Origin: Kiritimatiellia bacterium
GTDB lineage: Bacteria > Verrucomicrobiota > Kiritimatiellia > RFP12 > UBA1067
NCBI GenBank assembly: GCA_900767325.1
Contig: CAAFYT010000069.1
Location: forward strand, 1-45,930
Direction of reading: 5' to 3'
Length of the DNA stretch: 45,930 bases
In this document: one piece after another, positions 45,634 to 45,930 of the stretch
How positions within the stretch are numbered: the stretch's first letter is position 1
How the letters are laid out: every line of letters begins with the position of its first letter
The notes under the pieces: model-generated
Seen by the model: the letters and a program-made list of their open reading frames with translations, nothing else
Told to the model about the DNA's origin: nothing
Databases searched by the model: none
Position numbers and translations under genes: made by a program

Positions 45634-45782
45634 CGTTATATAACGGTTGTGTGCGCGATATATGACGGATGGTTGAGCGTTATAATAACTGTTGGTTTTG
45701 CGTTATATTACGGTTTCTTAGACGGTATATGACGCATTGACAAATTCTATATAATATGATAGAATGTCTTATATAACAGTTT
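45634..45782. repeat. Seven ~22-bp-phased copies of a CGTTATATAACGGTT-like box overlapping a promoter
   Basis: Copies start at 45634, 45656, 45678, 45701, 45723, 45746 (degenerate) and 45768. The core is the palindrome GTTATATAAC and variants. Confidence 0.75.
45737..45765 (+). promoter_or_regulatory. Sigma70-type promoter TTGACA-17 nt-TAGAAT with an upstream TG
   Basis: TTGACA at 45737-45742 and TGATAGAAT at 45757-45765. It is embedded in the phased box array upstream of ATG 45804. Confidence 0.6.
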
Positions 45783-45803
45783 GATCGATACCAGGAGGGA
45801 ATT

Positions 45804-45930
45804 ATGATCTATGCAAGTACGATAGGGTATGCCACGACGCCGAGCAATTCGAAGTTGCTGGAGGGCAAGGTGAAGCATATTGGACGAATCCGCCACAATA
45901 ATACGCTCACGAAGGATGTGATCATCGGGC
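45804..45930 (+). CDS. 5' end of an unknown gene (MIYASTIGYATTPSNSKLLEGKVKHIGRIRHNNTLTKDVIIG...), truncated by the window edge
   Basis: AGGAGGG RBS 4-5 nt upstream of the ATG. The frame stays open to the end of the window. Confidence 0.55.
   Translation, partial: MIYASTIGYATTPSNSKLLEGKVKHIGRIRHNNTLTKDVIIG

Overview
High-G+C bacterial chromosomal segment with about 35 supportable protein genes and no rRNA, tRNA, CRISPR array, transposase or integrase. Long GreA, giant secreted proteins and a Ser/Thr-kinase/ECF-sigma pair hint at a PVC-type lineage; this is inference only. Left third (0.5-16 kb): a 3412-aa and a 938-aa secreted surface protein flank a visibly lower-GC islet encoding an HTH-Fic protein and a DUF4143-type AAA ATPase. 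Middle, minus strand (16-20.7 kb): a tightly overlapping DNA-recombination operon, comM -> 191-aa Whirly/PUR-like candidate -> yraN -> terminally shortened RecA carrying in-frame 18-nt repeats -> DUF2851. An OmpR-type response regulator lies upstream of it, followed by an 11-bp-phased GCGTG/CACGC array. Housekeeping block (22.8-42.2 kb): long greA, a DksA/TraR protein with a Lys-rich tail, lspA, parE/parC-like topoisomerase, GH2 glycosidase and a pseudouridine synthase. It continues with a long translationally coupled operon: tgt, yajC, LysM protein, rsmD, queF, N-terminally truncated MurE-like ligase, eda, kinase, ECF sigma. Right end (42.1-45.9 kb, lower GC): the best candidate for a new system, a compact graspetide-type RiPP locus made of an ABC exporter, an unannotated 36-aa precursor ending ...TAGGSDWQDFC and one MvdD-like ATP-grasp ligase. 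Next to it are a small Cys-rich membrane peptide and seven ~22-bp-phased GTTATATAAC-like boxes. Recurrent themes are TGn-extended -10 boxes placed 6-10 nt from start codons (leaderless mRNAs) and in-frame short tandem repeats inside conserved genes. All homology calls come from motif recognition by eye; no database search was run.
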